This document shows positions 27,738-36,521 of a stretch of 64,000 nucleotides of DNA, piece after piece. The number at the start of each line of letters is the position of its first letter. The first letter of the stretch is position 1. This DNA is from an uncultured Candidatus Saccharibacteria bacterium (GTDB lineage: Bacteria; Patescibacteriota; Minisyncoccia; Phycocordibacterales; PALSA-1337). The notes under the pieces were generated by a model, which had not been told where the DNA came from, made no database searches, and saw only the letters and a list, made by a program, of their open reading frames with translations. The stretch is from positions 36,376 through 100,375 of the forward strand of contig CAZMFR010000001.1 of the NCBI GenBank assembly GCA_964565685.1. The letters are read 5' to 3'. The translations under genes and the position numbers were made by a program.

Positions 27738-28319
27738 ATGAAAAAGACTTCTATGAATAACTCACACGGCTTGCTCAAAAGAGCCGGCTTCACTCTCATC
27801 GAGCTTCTGGTCGTAATCTCCATCATCGGCCTTTTGTCGACCATAATCTTGGCGGCAGTGCAGGGTGCGAGAACAAAGGGAAAAGAAGCTGTAATAATTA
27901 GCGAGCTTGTACAATTCCGAAATCTATATGAAACAGCTTACTCAACATATGGAAATTATGGATCATTACAACCAAGCGCATTCAATACTTGCACAGCATA
28001 TAGTGGTAGCACAGGATATCTTTGTGCTGCAAATTCTATCAATGGTTGTTCCTATATATACGGAACGGGAGGAGATATAACCAATTCTTCATTTTCTCAA
28101 TCTGCTTTGACCTTATGTGATCAAATTGTCAATGATACAGGAGGATTATATATAGGTCTACCAGGACCAACCATTAATAATCAACAATATTCTTTGTGGG
28201 CATTATTGCCGTATCAAAACAAATATATGTGTTTTGGAAGTAGTAAAAATAATTCCTCAACCAGCTCGTCTCCAATTTCTGCTGGTAGCACATCACCAGG
28301 GTGTCCAGGAAATCCGTAA
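27738..28319 (+). CDS. type IV pilin-like protein
   Basis: MKKTSMNNSHGLLKRAGFTLIELLVVISIIGLLSTIILAAV is a class III signal peptide with the G-FTLIE motif. The mature protein is roughly 170 aa and Ser/Thr/Gly-rich. Confidence 0.7.
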   Translation: MKKTSMNNSHGLLKRAGFTLIELLVVISIIGLLSTIILAAVQGARTKGKEAVIISELVQFRNLYETAYSTYGNYGSLQPSAFNTCTAYSGSTGYLCAANSINGCSYIYGTGGDITNSSFSQSALTLCDQIVNDTGGLYIGLPGPTINNQQYSLWALLPYQNKYMCFGSSKNNSSTSSSPISAGSTSPGCPGNP

Positions 28320-28326
28320 ATAAAAT

Positions 28327-28380
28327 AAAGGGTTCTTGGTCAGAACCCTTATACTGTTATTCTATTCTTATTTTATTTTT
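28327..28380. terminator. terminator-like hairpin with T-rich tail between convergent genes
   Basis: AAGGGTTC-TTGGTCA-GAACCCTT followed by an AT-rich run ending TTTTATTTTTT. Confidence 0.5.
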
Positions 28381-29035
28381 TGTGTTTTACAACAATCAGA
28401 GCCAATCCGGCAAGTCCAATAAATGCCGCGACACATGGTTCAGGAGTTGACTCCAAAGAATAACCAACGATGTAAATTTGCGATGAGCTATCCAATGGAG
28501 TTTCCAAGGAAAAAGTCGATTCAAAAGAACTGTTTTGATACTCGAAAATACCTGCCATGCCTCCGAAACTCGCCGATGATGTTCCGGTAACTGGTGATTG
28601 ATAACTTGAACCGATATACCAATTATCAACCGTGGCTATTCCCCCAGACGACTGATGAGGTGAAATTATACCGATTACCAGACCACTGATTGGTGTTAAT
28701 GAGTCAATCATACTGCTTGTAGTTTCCCCGGCCACAGGACCTAATCCATTATTTATAGTGGTAGTAATGGTCACGTCTCCATTTAATTCAGTTAGGGAGA
28801 CTGACGTATCCTGGGCCGCTCCACCATCATAACCCACAAGAGAACTCGGATTCGAAGAGAAACCAACATTCCCCCTCGTATCCACCAATGCAACCCACGC
28901 CGCTTGGTCCAAGTAATTGCTGAACGTCGAGCCGTTGATCGGCGTAAACGTCACCGTTCCTTGCGCCCGCGCCGTCGAGCAAAGCGCAACGATTCCAACA
29001 GCGATCAAACCGATCGCCCATTTTTTCTTTTTCAT
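28373..29035 (-). CDS. secreted protein with N-terminal signal peptide and PEP-CTERM-like C-terminal anchor
   Basis: N-terminus MKKKKWAIGLIAVGIVALCSTARA. C-terminus ...STPEPCVAAFIGLAGLALIVVKHKK has a PEP motif, a TM helix and a basic tail. Confidence 0.45.
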   Translation of the reverse strand: MKKKKWAIGLIAVGIVALCSTARAQGTVTFTPINGSTFSNYLDQAAWVALVDTRGNVGFSSNPSSLVGYDGGAAQDTSVSLTELNGDVTITTTINNGLGPVAGETTSSMIDSLTPISGLVIGIISPHQSSGGIATVDNWYIGSSYQSPVTGTSSASFGGMAGIFEYQNSSFESTFSLETPLDSSSQIYIVGYSLESTPEPCVAAFIGLAGLALIVVKHKK

Positions 29036-29218
29036 GATTTTCCTTTCAAAAAACTGCCCAACAAAGCGTTCTCCAGTCCCACACGGGCTGGCGCTCTGTA
29101 TTGTTTACTGCAGGCACATTACCACACTTGAGATAAAAAAGCAAGAGCTACCTTGGTGAAAAACAATGCGCACGGTCAATGCCCAAGTTGGCAAGAAAAT
29201 CAATTTGGATTTGACGCA

Positions 29219-30481
29219 TCAATAGTTCTTCAACCTGTCTGCCTTTTCGTGCTGGCGTATCTTTTCATGGGCTTTGGCCTCGATCTGGCGGATACGCTCG
29301 CGGGTCACTTCGAATTCCTTGCCTACTTCTTCTAGGGTATGTTGCACGCCGTCCATCAGACCGCAACGCATTTCCAATATCTTGCGCTCCTTTTCGGACA
29401 GTTCGTTCAGAATCTCGCGCACCTGATCGGCTAATATGCGGCGGGAGCTTTCTTGATCCGGCGACAAGATCTTGTCGTCAGCGATGAAATCCCCCAAAGT
29501 AGACTTGCCATCGTCAGAATCGTCTCCAACGGGCATCTCGAGGGAACCGACCGGCTGATCTATTTTTTCGATCTGATAGATCTTGTCTACATCAATGCCC
29601 ATTTCGGTGGAGATCTCTTCTGGCAATGGGTCGCGGCCTAGTTCCTGAGTCAGACGGCGCACGACCTGTTTATATTTGGCGATAGTCTCTACCATATGGA
29701 CTGGCACACGGATAGTGCGGCTCTGATCGGCCAAGGCGCGAGTGATGGCCTGGCGGATCCACCATGTAGCATAGGTAGAGAATTTGTAGCCCTTTGTCCA
29801 GTCGAATTTATCGACTGCTTTGAACAAACCGAGGTTACCCTCTTGGATTAGGTCGAGCAAGGTCAAGTCAGCAGACCTGCCGACATATTTTTTTGCGATA
29901 GATACGACGAGTCGGAGGTTCGCTTTGGCCAGAAGTCCTTTGGCTTCGTTATCTCCGGCCGCTATCATACGAGCGAGCTCTTTTTCTCTGGCGGCGTTGA
30001 TCAATGGATATTGACCGATCTCGCGCAGATACATCTGTATCGAATCATAAGCGGAATCGTTGGAACGCGAACCATATGTATATCGCTTTGCAGTCGGAGC
30101 AGTCTCTTTTTCTATATTTAACAGCCCGCCGCCTTCTAGTATATCGACACCAGACGCCGCGAATTTGCTATAAAGATCCTCCAAAAACACTATATCGGTT
30201 TCGACAGTCGGAAATTCTTTGAGAATCTCGTCATAAGTGACGAATCCGCGCTCCCTGCCCTTGACCATCAGTTTGGCCGCTTTTACATCAAACGCTTTTT
30301 GTGTGTCTTTTTGCTTTTGGGACTGCTTCGTTTTTTTCGCTCCCTGCTTGCCGGCAGGCATAGTTTTGTTTGTATCCTTCGGTTTTGCCGCCGAGGCCGG
30401 TTTCTTCTTTATTGAAATGGGCTTTTTTGAAGCCTTTGTTTTGCTCTTCTTATTTGATTTTTTTGACGTGCTTTTAGACAT
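29219..30481 (-). CDS. rpoD: RNA polymerase sigma-70 factor RpoD with lysine-rich N-terminal extension
   Basis: Region 2 ([40 protein letters not shown]), region 3 and region 4 ([23 protein letters not shown]) are all present. The N-terminal 70 aa is K-rich ([15 protein letters not shown]...). Confidence 0.9.
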   Translation of the reverse strand: MSKSTSKKSNKKSKTKASKKPISIKKKPASAAKPKDTNKTMPAGKQGAKKTKQSQKQKDTQKAFDVKAAKLMVKGRERGFVTYDEILKEFPTVETDIVFLEDLYSKFAASGVDILEGGGLLNIEKETAPTAKRYTYGSRSNDSAYDSIQMYLREIGQYPLINAAREKELARMIAAGDNEAKGLLAKANLRLVVSIAKKYVGRSADLTLLDLIQEGNLGLFKAVDKFDWTKGYKFSTYATWWIRQAITRALADQSRTIRVPVHMVETIAKYKQVVRRLTQELGRDPLPEEISTEMGIDVDKIYQIEKIDQPVGSLEMPVGDDSDDGKSTLGDFIADDKILSPDQESSRRILADQVREILNELSEKERKILEMRCGLMDGVQHTLEEVGKEFEVTRERIRQIEAKAHEKIRQHEKADRLKNY

Positions 30482-30585
30482 TGACCATTGAAATGGACTA
30501 GATTGACTATACTAATGCAAAATCCGCAAAGGCGCAAGTTGACATGTGGAAAAGTGAGTGATAGGGTTCGGTCAGGAAAGGAATT

Positions 30586-31320
30586 TTGCACATGAAAAAA
30601 CTAATCGTATTCTTGCATAAAAAAGCGCCATTGTTGATGTATACTATGTGGCATATGAAGGAAGAAGCACTGACCACAGCTCAAGTTGATGTCATTGCCG
30701 AAATGTTGGCGAGAGCATCTTTCAAAGGAAATACTTCCACGGCACAGCTATTTTGCATCATCGGCTTGGTTGGTGCCGGCAAGAGCGCTGTTGCAGGGCA
30801 CATCGCCGAAAAGATTGGAGCAAGGGTCGTCAATGCGAATGATATCCGCTTGAAGCTCCGCAAAGCCCAAGGATCATACACCAATGATCGGATCGTCGGG
30901 GAGAAGTTGATTCTGAAGCTCCTTGAAAAGGGTTATTCCGTCGTCGCCGATTCCGATCACGGCGATGAGCGCAAGAGAAAAAGTTTGCTTGCGCGCGTGA
31001 AAGATGTCCCCGATCTTCAAATCCATTATATTCGGGTGCATGCGGATTTCGAAGTCATCACTCAACGTATCTTCGAGAAGACAAAATATGAAGGCGAGAC
31101 AATATATTCTGTCGCCGTCGAAGGCCTCAAGGATAGGGTCAGTTCAGCTGTCATCCGTCTTCGTGAATTCTGGCGCCGAACGCCGCATCACTACGACTGG
31201 ATCGAGGAAGGCGGCGGACAGTGGAAGTTGAAAGCACCGTCTGTCACTCTTTTGGCTGACCTTGATACCGGCGGCGATTGGCAAAAAGAACTTGACAAAG
31301 CACTTGCAACGCTCAAATAA
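30586..31320 (+). CDS. P-loop NTPase / kinase-like protein (AAA_33 / zeta-toxin-like fold), hypothetical
   Basis: Walker A GLVGAGKS in IIGLVGAGKSAVAGHIAEKIG. 244 aa. The start is uncertain. Confidence 0.5.
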   Translation: MHMKKLIVFLHKKAPLLMYTMWHMKEEALTTAQVDVIAEMLARASFKGNTSTAQLFCIIGLVGAGKSAVAGHIAEKIGARVVNANDIRLKLRKAQGSYTNDRIVGEKLILKLLEKGYSVVADSDHGDERKRKSLLARVKDVPDLQIHYIRVHADFEVITQRIFEKTKYEGETIYSVAVEGLKDRVSSAVIRLREFWRRTPHHYDWIEEGGGQWKLKAPSVTLLADLDTGGDWQKELDKALATLK

Positions 31321-31336
31321 AGCACTTTATCTCATG

Positions 31337-31365
31337 CCCCGCGCACCTTGCGCGGGGCTTTTTTG
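31337..31365 (+). terminator. rho-independent terminator
   Basis: CCCCGCGCA-CCT-TGCGCGGGG followed by CTTTTTTG. Confidence 0.6.
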
Positions 31366-31379
31366 TTACATATCCCAAA

Positions 31380-31436
31380 GATTTTAACTTTTCTTTAGAA
31401 CTTTTTTAACTTTTCTTAATAATTGGTCTGTATAAT
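31380..31436 (+). promoter_or_regulatory. Conserved AT-rich promoter-associated repeat, copy 3, with TATAAT -10 box 7 nt upstream of the MazF-like ATG
   Basis: GATTTTAACTTTTCTTTAGAACTTTTTTAACTTTTCTTAATAA, then 8 nt, then TATAAT (31431-31436). Exact reverse complement of copy 1. Confidence 0.6.
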
Positions 31437-31443
31437 TTGGTAC

Positions 31444-31842
31444 ATGAATGAAAGATATATAAAGGAATTTGACCTTTGGAACGCTAAAAAGAAGGAGATC
31501 GAACGGTCAGATGTGGAGCGGCTTTGTCGTGAACGAGAGATTTGGTGGTGCACTCTTGGGGTGAATGTAGGTTCCGAACAAGACGGCAAGAACGAGCTAT
31601 TTGAGAGACCTGTCTTGATCTTGAAGAGATATAATATAGATTTGATTCTTATCCTGCCAATCACCAGTACAGAAAAGAACAATCCATATTACGTAAAAAT
31701 CAGCGGCGTCGTGTCTTCAAGTGTTATCTTGTCTCAGATTAGAGCCGTAGACAGCAAGAGACTTTTACGGAAAGTAGGAATGATCTCCATAAAAAATTAC
31801 CTACTTGTTTTGTTCAGTTTACTCAAGACACTGCTTCCCTAG
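31444..31842 (+). CDS. PemK/MazF/EndoA-family endoribonuclease-like protein (no adjacent antitoxin ORF seen)
   Basis: REIWWCTLGVNVGSEQDGKNELFERPVLIL matches the MazF/PemK core (G.EQ.G.RPVLV). ILPITS and VILSQIRAVDSKRL resemble EndoA VILLEQIRTIDKQRL. There is a roughly 30-aa N-terminal extension. Confidence 0.6.
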   Translation: MNERYIKEFDLWNAKKKEIERSDVERLCREREIWWCTLGVNVGSEQDGKNELFERPVLILKRYNIDLILILPITSTEKNNPYYVKISGVVSSSVILSQIRAVDSKRLLRKVGMISIKNYLLVLFSLLKTLLP

Positions 31843-31946
31843 AAAACGAAACCCCGCTCTGAAGCGGGGAATCTCGGAGGCCGAAGCCATTGTAGAGACC
31901 ATTATAGCAAGTCCAATTTTGCTGTCAACCACCCTTTGGGAAAAAA

Positions 31947-33746
31947 TTAATCTGCCATCCTCTTCTTCCCGACTTCCGCCAGCTTCTTTGAAAGCTCATG
32001 GCAGAGTTTTGCCGCGATATTGGATTTTTCGGCGTTCTTTTCTCGCTCGGCGGCGGCCAGATCATTCATCGCCTCGGACAGCTTCTCCTTTAAAATATCT
32101 TCCTCGAAATTGACCATCAATTCGGCCAATTCTTTTGAAAAGTCATGCCCGTCGCCATAGGTGATCTCGGCTTCGAGAACTAGGTCGTCTTTCAATGATT
32201 CGACTTCGCTTGCGATCTTTTGGTACTCGTCGCCGGCGATTTCCTTGATCTTTTCATAAAAAACTTTTGGATCAATGGGGATTTTTTCCGCCTTGCCGAC
32301 AGAAACACCAGCGTTCTTTTCGAGAAAAGCCAGGAGGCCAAAGAGCTTTCGCATGATGATATCGAGCCGGGCTTGAGGGATAGTCTTTGCCGTCAACGAG
32401 GACGCGCCCGGTCTCGAAGCAGACAAAACCTCCTCTGGTTTTTTGTTTTTCAAGTATGCACCAAGGTCGTCGCGCACGGATTCCTCGGAAAGGCCAGTTT
32501 TATCATGCACCATTTTTATCCAATGGGAGCGTTCCATAGATCCGGCGACTTCGGCGATGAATGGCAGGACTTTTTCACGGATGAGAGCGGGCAATTTCCT
32601 AGAGTCGAGCTTCGCGCCTTCTTTTTCCTTCATGATGCCATCGAGGATGAATTCAACGATCGGCTTTGAGCGGCGCAGGGTGTCTCTCCATTTTTCAGGA
32701 TTTGCCAGGACAAGGTCGGCTGGATCCTTGCCGCCTTCGATATCGGCGATCTTGACATCCATGCCGAGGTTGAGAGCGATCCGTGCCGCGCGCAAGGAAG
32801 CGTTTTTTCCGGCTTTATCTGAATCGAAAGCGATCAGCAAATTCGGCGACAAGCGGCGTATGATGCCGACATTGTTCGTCACATGCTCGCGCGAGATAGC
32901 GTCTTCGGCGAGTGCCGTACCGGAAGCGGCAACCGTATTTTTTATCCCTGCCTGATGCGACATTATGAGATCCATCTGGCCTTCGACGAGGATAGTGTAA
33001 TCTCTCTTGCGGATCTCGCCTTTGGCCTTGTCTATGCCGTATAGGACGGCCGATTTATCGTAGAGCGGCGAGTCTGGCGTGTTTATATACTTGCCCTCGC
33101 CCTCCTTTTCATGGAGCAAACGGCCGGAAAAAGCGATGATACGGCCGGACGAGTCCATGATCGGAAACATGACGCGATCGCGAAAACGGTCGTAATAATC
33201 GCCGGCATCCTTTCTCTTGACCAATCCCGCCTTCTCCATATCCGCATCGTTAAAACCCTTCTTTGACATCGCATCACGCAGATTGCGCCAACCTTCCGGC
33301 GCGAAACCGATCCTGAATTCTGTTATCGTCTCCTCTTTTACTCCCCTTTTTTTCAAGTATTCTTTTGCTTCGCCAGATAAACGCCCTTGATAAAAGATAG
33401 CGGCAGATTCCATGACAGAATATAGCCGCTCGCGCTCGGTTTTCTTTTCCCTATTTTCGAGGGTTATTGGGATGCCGGCACGTTCAGCGAGCAGTTTTAA
33501 AGAGCCCATGAAATCGAGGCCTTCGAATTGCTCGACAAAAGTGAATATATCCCCCTTTGCGCCGCAACCAAAGCAATAGAACGAGCCGCGATCCGGCGAG
33601 ACAAAAAATGACGGCGTCTTTTCGTTGTGGAATGGGCAGCGGCCCTTCCAATTCTTGCCGGCTTTCTCCAGCTTCATATACGATGAAATGACTTCCTCGA
33701 CGCCGAGGCGCTCTTTTATCATATCGACTGTGGAGCGGTCTTTCAT
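31947..33746 (-). CDS. dnaG: DNA primase
   Basis: Zinc-ribbon CPFHNEKTPSF...CFGCG, TOPRIM region (EGQMDLI, DSDKAGKNA), 599 aa. Confidence 0.85.
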   Translation of the reverse strand: MKDRSTVDMIKERLGVEEVISSYMKLEKAGKNWKGRCPFHNEKTPSFFVSPDRGSFYCFGCGAKGDIFTFVEQFEGLDFMGSLKLLAERAGIPITLENREKKTERERLYSVMESAAIFYQGRLSGEAKEYLKKRGVKEETITEFRIGFAPEGWRNLRDAMSKKGFNDADMEKAGLVKRKDAGDYYDRFRDRVMFPIMDSSGRIIAFSGRLLHEKEGEGKYINTPDSPLYDKSAVLYGIDKAKGEIRKRDYTILVEGQMDLIMSHQAGIKNTVAASGTALAEDAISREHVTNNVGIIRRLSPNLLIAFDSDKAGKNASLRAARIALNLGMDVKIADIEGGKDPADLVLANPEKWRDTLRRSKPIVEFILDGIMKEKEGAKLDSRKLPALIREKVLPFIAEVAGSMERSHWIKMVHDKTGLSEESVRDDLGAYLKNKKPEEVLSASRPGASSLTAKTIPQARLDIIMRKLFGLLAFLEKNAGVSVGKAEKIPIDPKVFYEKIKEIAGDEYQKIASEVESLKDDLVLEAEITYGDGHDFSKELAELMVNFEEDILKEKLSEAMNDLAAAEREKNAEKSNIAAKLCHELSKKLAEVGKKRMAD

Positions 33747-33955
33747 GATGGTATTGTACGCTTTTTAATATTATTTCTCAATTCTGTAAATACCTAACAC
33801 AAAATCAAACTAAATAAAATGACTACTACCAGGATTATTTTTTTGAACGCTTCATATCCACGCAGAGTAAAATTATTATTCACAGATAAATCACATTCAA
33901 ATCATGCTTTGTGAATTTTATGATTCTATGAGATTACCAATCTACTCACTTGGTT

Positions 33956-35272
33956 TTATAATATGACCCCTCCTCCCAAACAAACTTCCCCGTCATACAC
34001 AACGAGTGACTGACCCGGCGTCAAAGCGTTCTGTGGTTTGTCGAATTTTATCTCGGCTGTTCCGGAGTCTTCTTTAATTGAAGTAAAAACAAGCGGCACG
34101 AGCGGCTGGCGATAACGAGTACGACCGGATTCCAGAGGTCCGACCTCTGGAATTTTAATCCAATTCGTCCTTTCGAGCATAACCATAGTTTTCGCCTCCG
34201 CCAAAAGTCCTTGTGGATCTTTGTTTGAAACAGTGATCGTGTTCTTCTCGACATCCTTTGCAACAATGAAATACGGCTCGTCATGCGGCGTCTTCTTATC
34301 TATGACAAAACCGTGACGCTCGCCGATAGTCAGGAAAAAAGCGCCGTCGTGATGACCGATAGCTTTTCCTGCTTCATCGAGGACATCCCCATTTTTCGGC
34401 TCCATATAATGAGAGAGGAATTCTTTTATGTCGACTTTGCCGATGAAACAGAGGCCTTGGCTGTCTTTTTTGTCTGCATTCGGCAAATTGAATCTCTGTG
34501 CGAGCTTGCGCACGTCTGGCTTCTCTATGTCACCGATCGGAAAGAGGATGTGCGGCAGTTGTTCTCGGCGGATGTTCCAGAGGAAGTATGATTGGTCTTT
34601 GTTCGGATCAGTGCCAGCAAGCAAGCAATAATCGGTCTCAGCACCAGATACATTCTTTCTCCGGACTATTCCCGGGTTTCCCAAGCCAAGTTCTCGCCCT
34701 GAACGCTCGCCCGGGAGCCATCCAAAAGAGGTATTTGGCGCTTCGCCTTGATTTTCGACTCGGCATTCTTGACTTTCGACTCGGCGCTTTCGACTTTCGA
34801 CTATCCTTGCATAATGCCCCGTCGCCACGAAATCAGCGCCCTGCCCCATCGCGAAATCATAGAATGCGCCAAATTTGACGCTCTTGTTGCACATAACATC
34901 CGGATTCGGCGTCCGACCAGCTCGATATTCGGCGATCATATAGTCGACGACATCGCGCTTGTATTCTTTTTCCAGATCCAAAGTCATAAAAGGAATGTCC
35001 AAAACTGCCGCTACACGCATGGCATCGAGACGATCCTGTCGCCAGTTGCAATCCATCCAATCCGGCTGCCAGACTTTTATAAAGACGCCAATGACATCGT
35101 AACCGTCACGCTTTAAAAGCGCAGCAGAAACAGAGCTATCTACGCCGCCCGACATGCCGACAAATACCCGTTTGTTTCGACTTCTATTGTTTTTTTTGTC
35201 TTGTATGGCATTTATAGACCTGTGTGGCTTTGACACTATAGGAGATAATGCCGAATTATATTGACCTTTCAT
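33956..35272 (-). CDS. mnmA: tRNA-specific 2-thiouridylase MnmA with an in-frame low-complexity insertion of roughly 55 aa
   Basis: PP-loop GMSGGVDSSV. TGHYAR and NKDQSYFLW motifs are present. Between them the gene carries a tandem TTTCGAC(TCGGC) repeat (34741-34800), not found in typical MnmA. Confidence 0.75.
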   Translation of the reverse strand: MKGQYNSALSPIVSKPHRSINAIQDKKNNRSRNKRVFVGMSGGVDSSVSAALLKRDGYDVIGVFIKVWQPDWMDCNWRQDRLDAMRVAAVLDIPFMTLDLEKEYKRDVVDYMIAEYRAGRTPNPDVMCNKSVKFGAFYDFAMGQGADFVATGHYARIVESRKRRVESQECRVENQGEAPNTSFGWLPGERSGRELGLGNPGIVRRKNVSGAETDYCLLAGTDPNKDQSYFLWNIRREQLPHILFPIGDIEKPDVRKLAQRFNLPNADKKDSQGLCFIGKVDIKEFLSHYMEPKNGDVLDEAGKAIGHHDGAFFLTIGERHGFVIDKKTPHDEPYFIVAKDVEKNTITVSNKDPQGLLAEAKTMVMLERTNWIKIPEVGPLESGRTRYRQPLVPLVFTSIKEDSGTAEIKFDKPQNALTPGQSLVVYDGEVCLGGGVIL

Positions 35273-35557
35273 GATGCGGATGATACCATCTCATCAAGCA
35301 CAGTTCAACAAAATAAATCCTCATGAATTATGAATATCCTCTTCATCAACAAAAGCCGCATGAATCGCATCAAAGCCATTCTCCTTTTGGAAAAAGAGGG
35401 AGATTTGGTGATCACAACATCTAACAGTGGAAAGGGTGTCTCATTTTTAAAATTCTGGAAGCCAGACAAAATCATTTATAATTTGTCAACTGCACAGAAG
35501 CTCGCTTCCAAAAGAAAGCAACCAACAAAGCCGCGAACATAAGTTCCGGCTTCTTTT

Positions 35558-35580
35558 TTGTACAAGGATAGCCCTTGTAC
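35558..35580. repeat. palindromic hairpin element: TTGTACAAGGATAGCCCTTGTAC
   Basis: Directly abuts and overlaps the mltG stop codon. At a convergent junction. Confidence 0.75.
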
Positions 35581-36521
35581 TACAGATACTTTGTCTCATT
35601 GGTCATCTGCTCGTCATATGTCTCGGCAAAATGTATGTTCCCTTTTGAATCAGACAAATAATACCAATATGTCGTGCTAGCCGGCGAGATTGAGTCCTCT
35701 ATCGCTGAAAGCCCGGGGTTACCGATAGGCGTCGGAGGCAAGCCGAGATTTTTATATGTATTGAATGGCGAAGTGGTCGCCAAGTCGTCAGAAGTCAATT
35801 TTGTACCGTCTTTATCCAGAGCAAAAGCTAGGGCGGCATCCACTTGGAGAGGCATCTTGTCGTCTAGACGCTTCCATAGAATGCCAGCGATGATACGGCG
35901 GTCATTAGAAGAGGTCGCTTCGCGCTCGAGAATCGAGGCCATGATGACGATGGACGATGTGGCACGGCCAGATTCCGAGATCTGATCTTGGACAGAAGAA
36001 ATCTTTTGATCAAAGAGCGTGCGCATAGCTTTCACCGCATCGTCTGGCGAAGTATCCATATTAAAGAAATACGTGTCCGGAAACAGATATCCTTCTGACG
36101 GATCTGCCAAAGTCATAAAAGTCGAAGTGGAAAAACCAGGAATATCTTTGCCGAGCAACGCTGAAATCTGCTGTACATCAAAACCCTCTGGGATGGTCAC
36201 TTTGATCGGGGTAAATCCATATTCTCCATTGACGAGCCGCCGTGCGACCTGTACGACTGATTCCTTCGAATCAAAAAGATAATCCCCTGCCTTGACCCCT
36301 CTCTCGCCTGAAAAAATTATCACAAAAGACTTGAATAGAGCTTCTGATCTTATCATATGATCATTATAGAGATTATCCGTGACTGCGGCGAGCGAAGAGT
36401 TCTGCTCGATGTGAAAAATCGTTCCGACAGGAAAAGTTAAAGAAGGAAACGCGGCAAAACCAAACATGGCAAGTAAAACGACTATGAAAAAAACACCGAT
36501 AGCCGACAGAAACTTTTTCAT
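35580..36521 (-). CDS. mltG: endolytic murein transglycosylase MltG (YceG family)
   Basis: N-terminal TM helix. Motifs IPEG, ASILEREA and GLPPTPIGNPG, plus a YWYYL C-terminal region. Confidence 0.75.
   Translation of the reverse strand: MKKFLSAIGVFFIVVLLAMFGFAAFPSLTFPVGTIFHIEQNSSLAAVTDNLYNDHMIRSEALFKSFVIIFSGERGVKAGDYLFDSKESVVQVARRLVNGEYGFTPIKVTIPEGFDVQQISALLGKDIPGFSTSTFMTLADPSEGYLFPDTYFFNMDTSPDDAVKAMRTLFDQKISSVQDQISESGRATSSIVIMASILEREATSSNDRRIIAGILWKRLDDKMPLQVDAALAFALDKDGTKLTSDDLATTSPFNTYKNLGLPPTPIGNPGLSAIEDSISPASTTYWYYLSDSKGNIHFAETYDEQMTNETKYL

Noticed and set aside
35330-35542. 70-aa plus-strand ORF downstream of mnmA
   Set aside because: It is basic and low-complexity, with no motif. It may be a leader or spurious. 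Not annotated.
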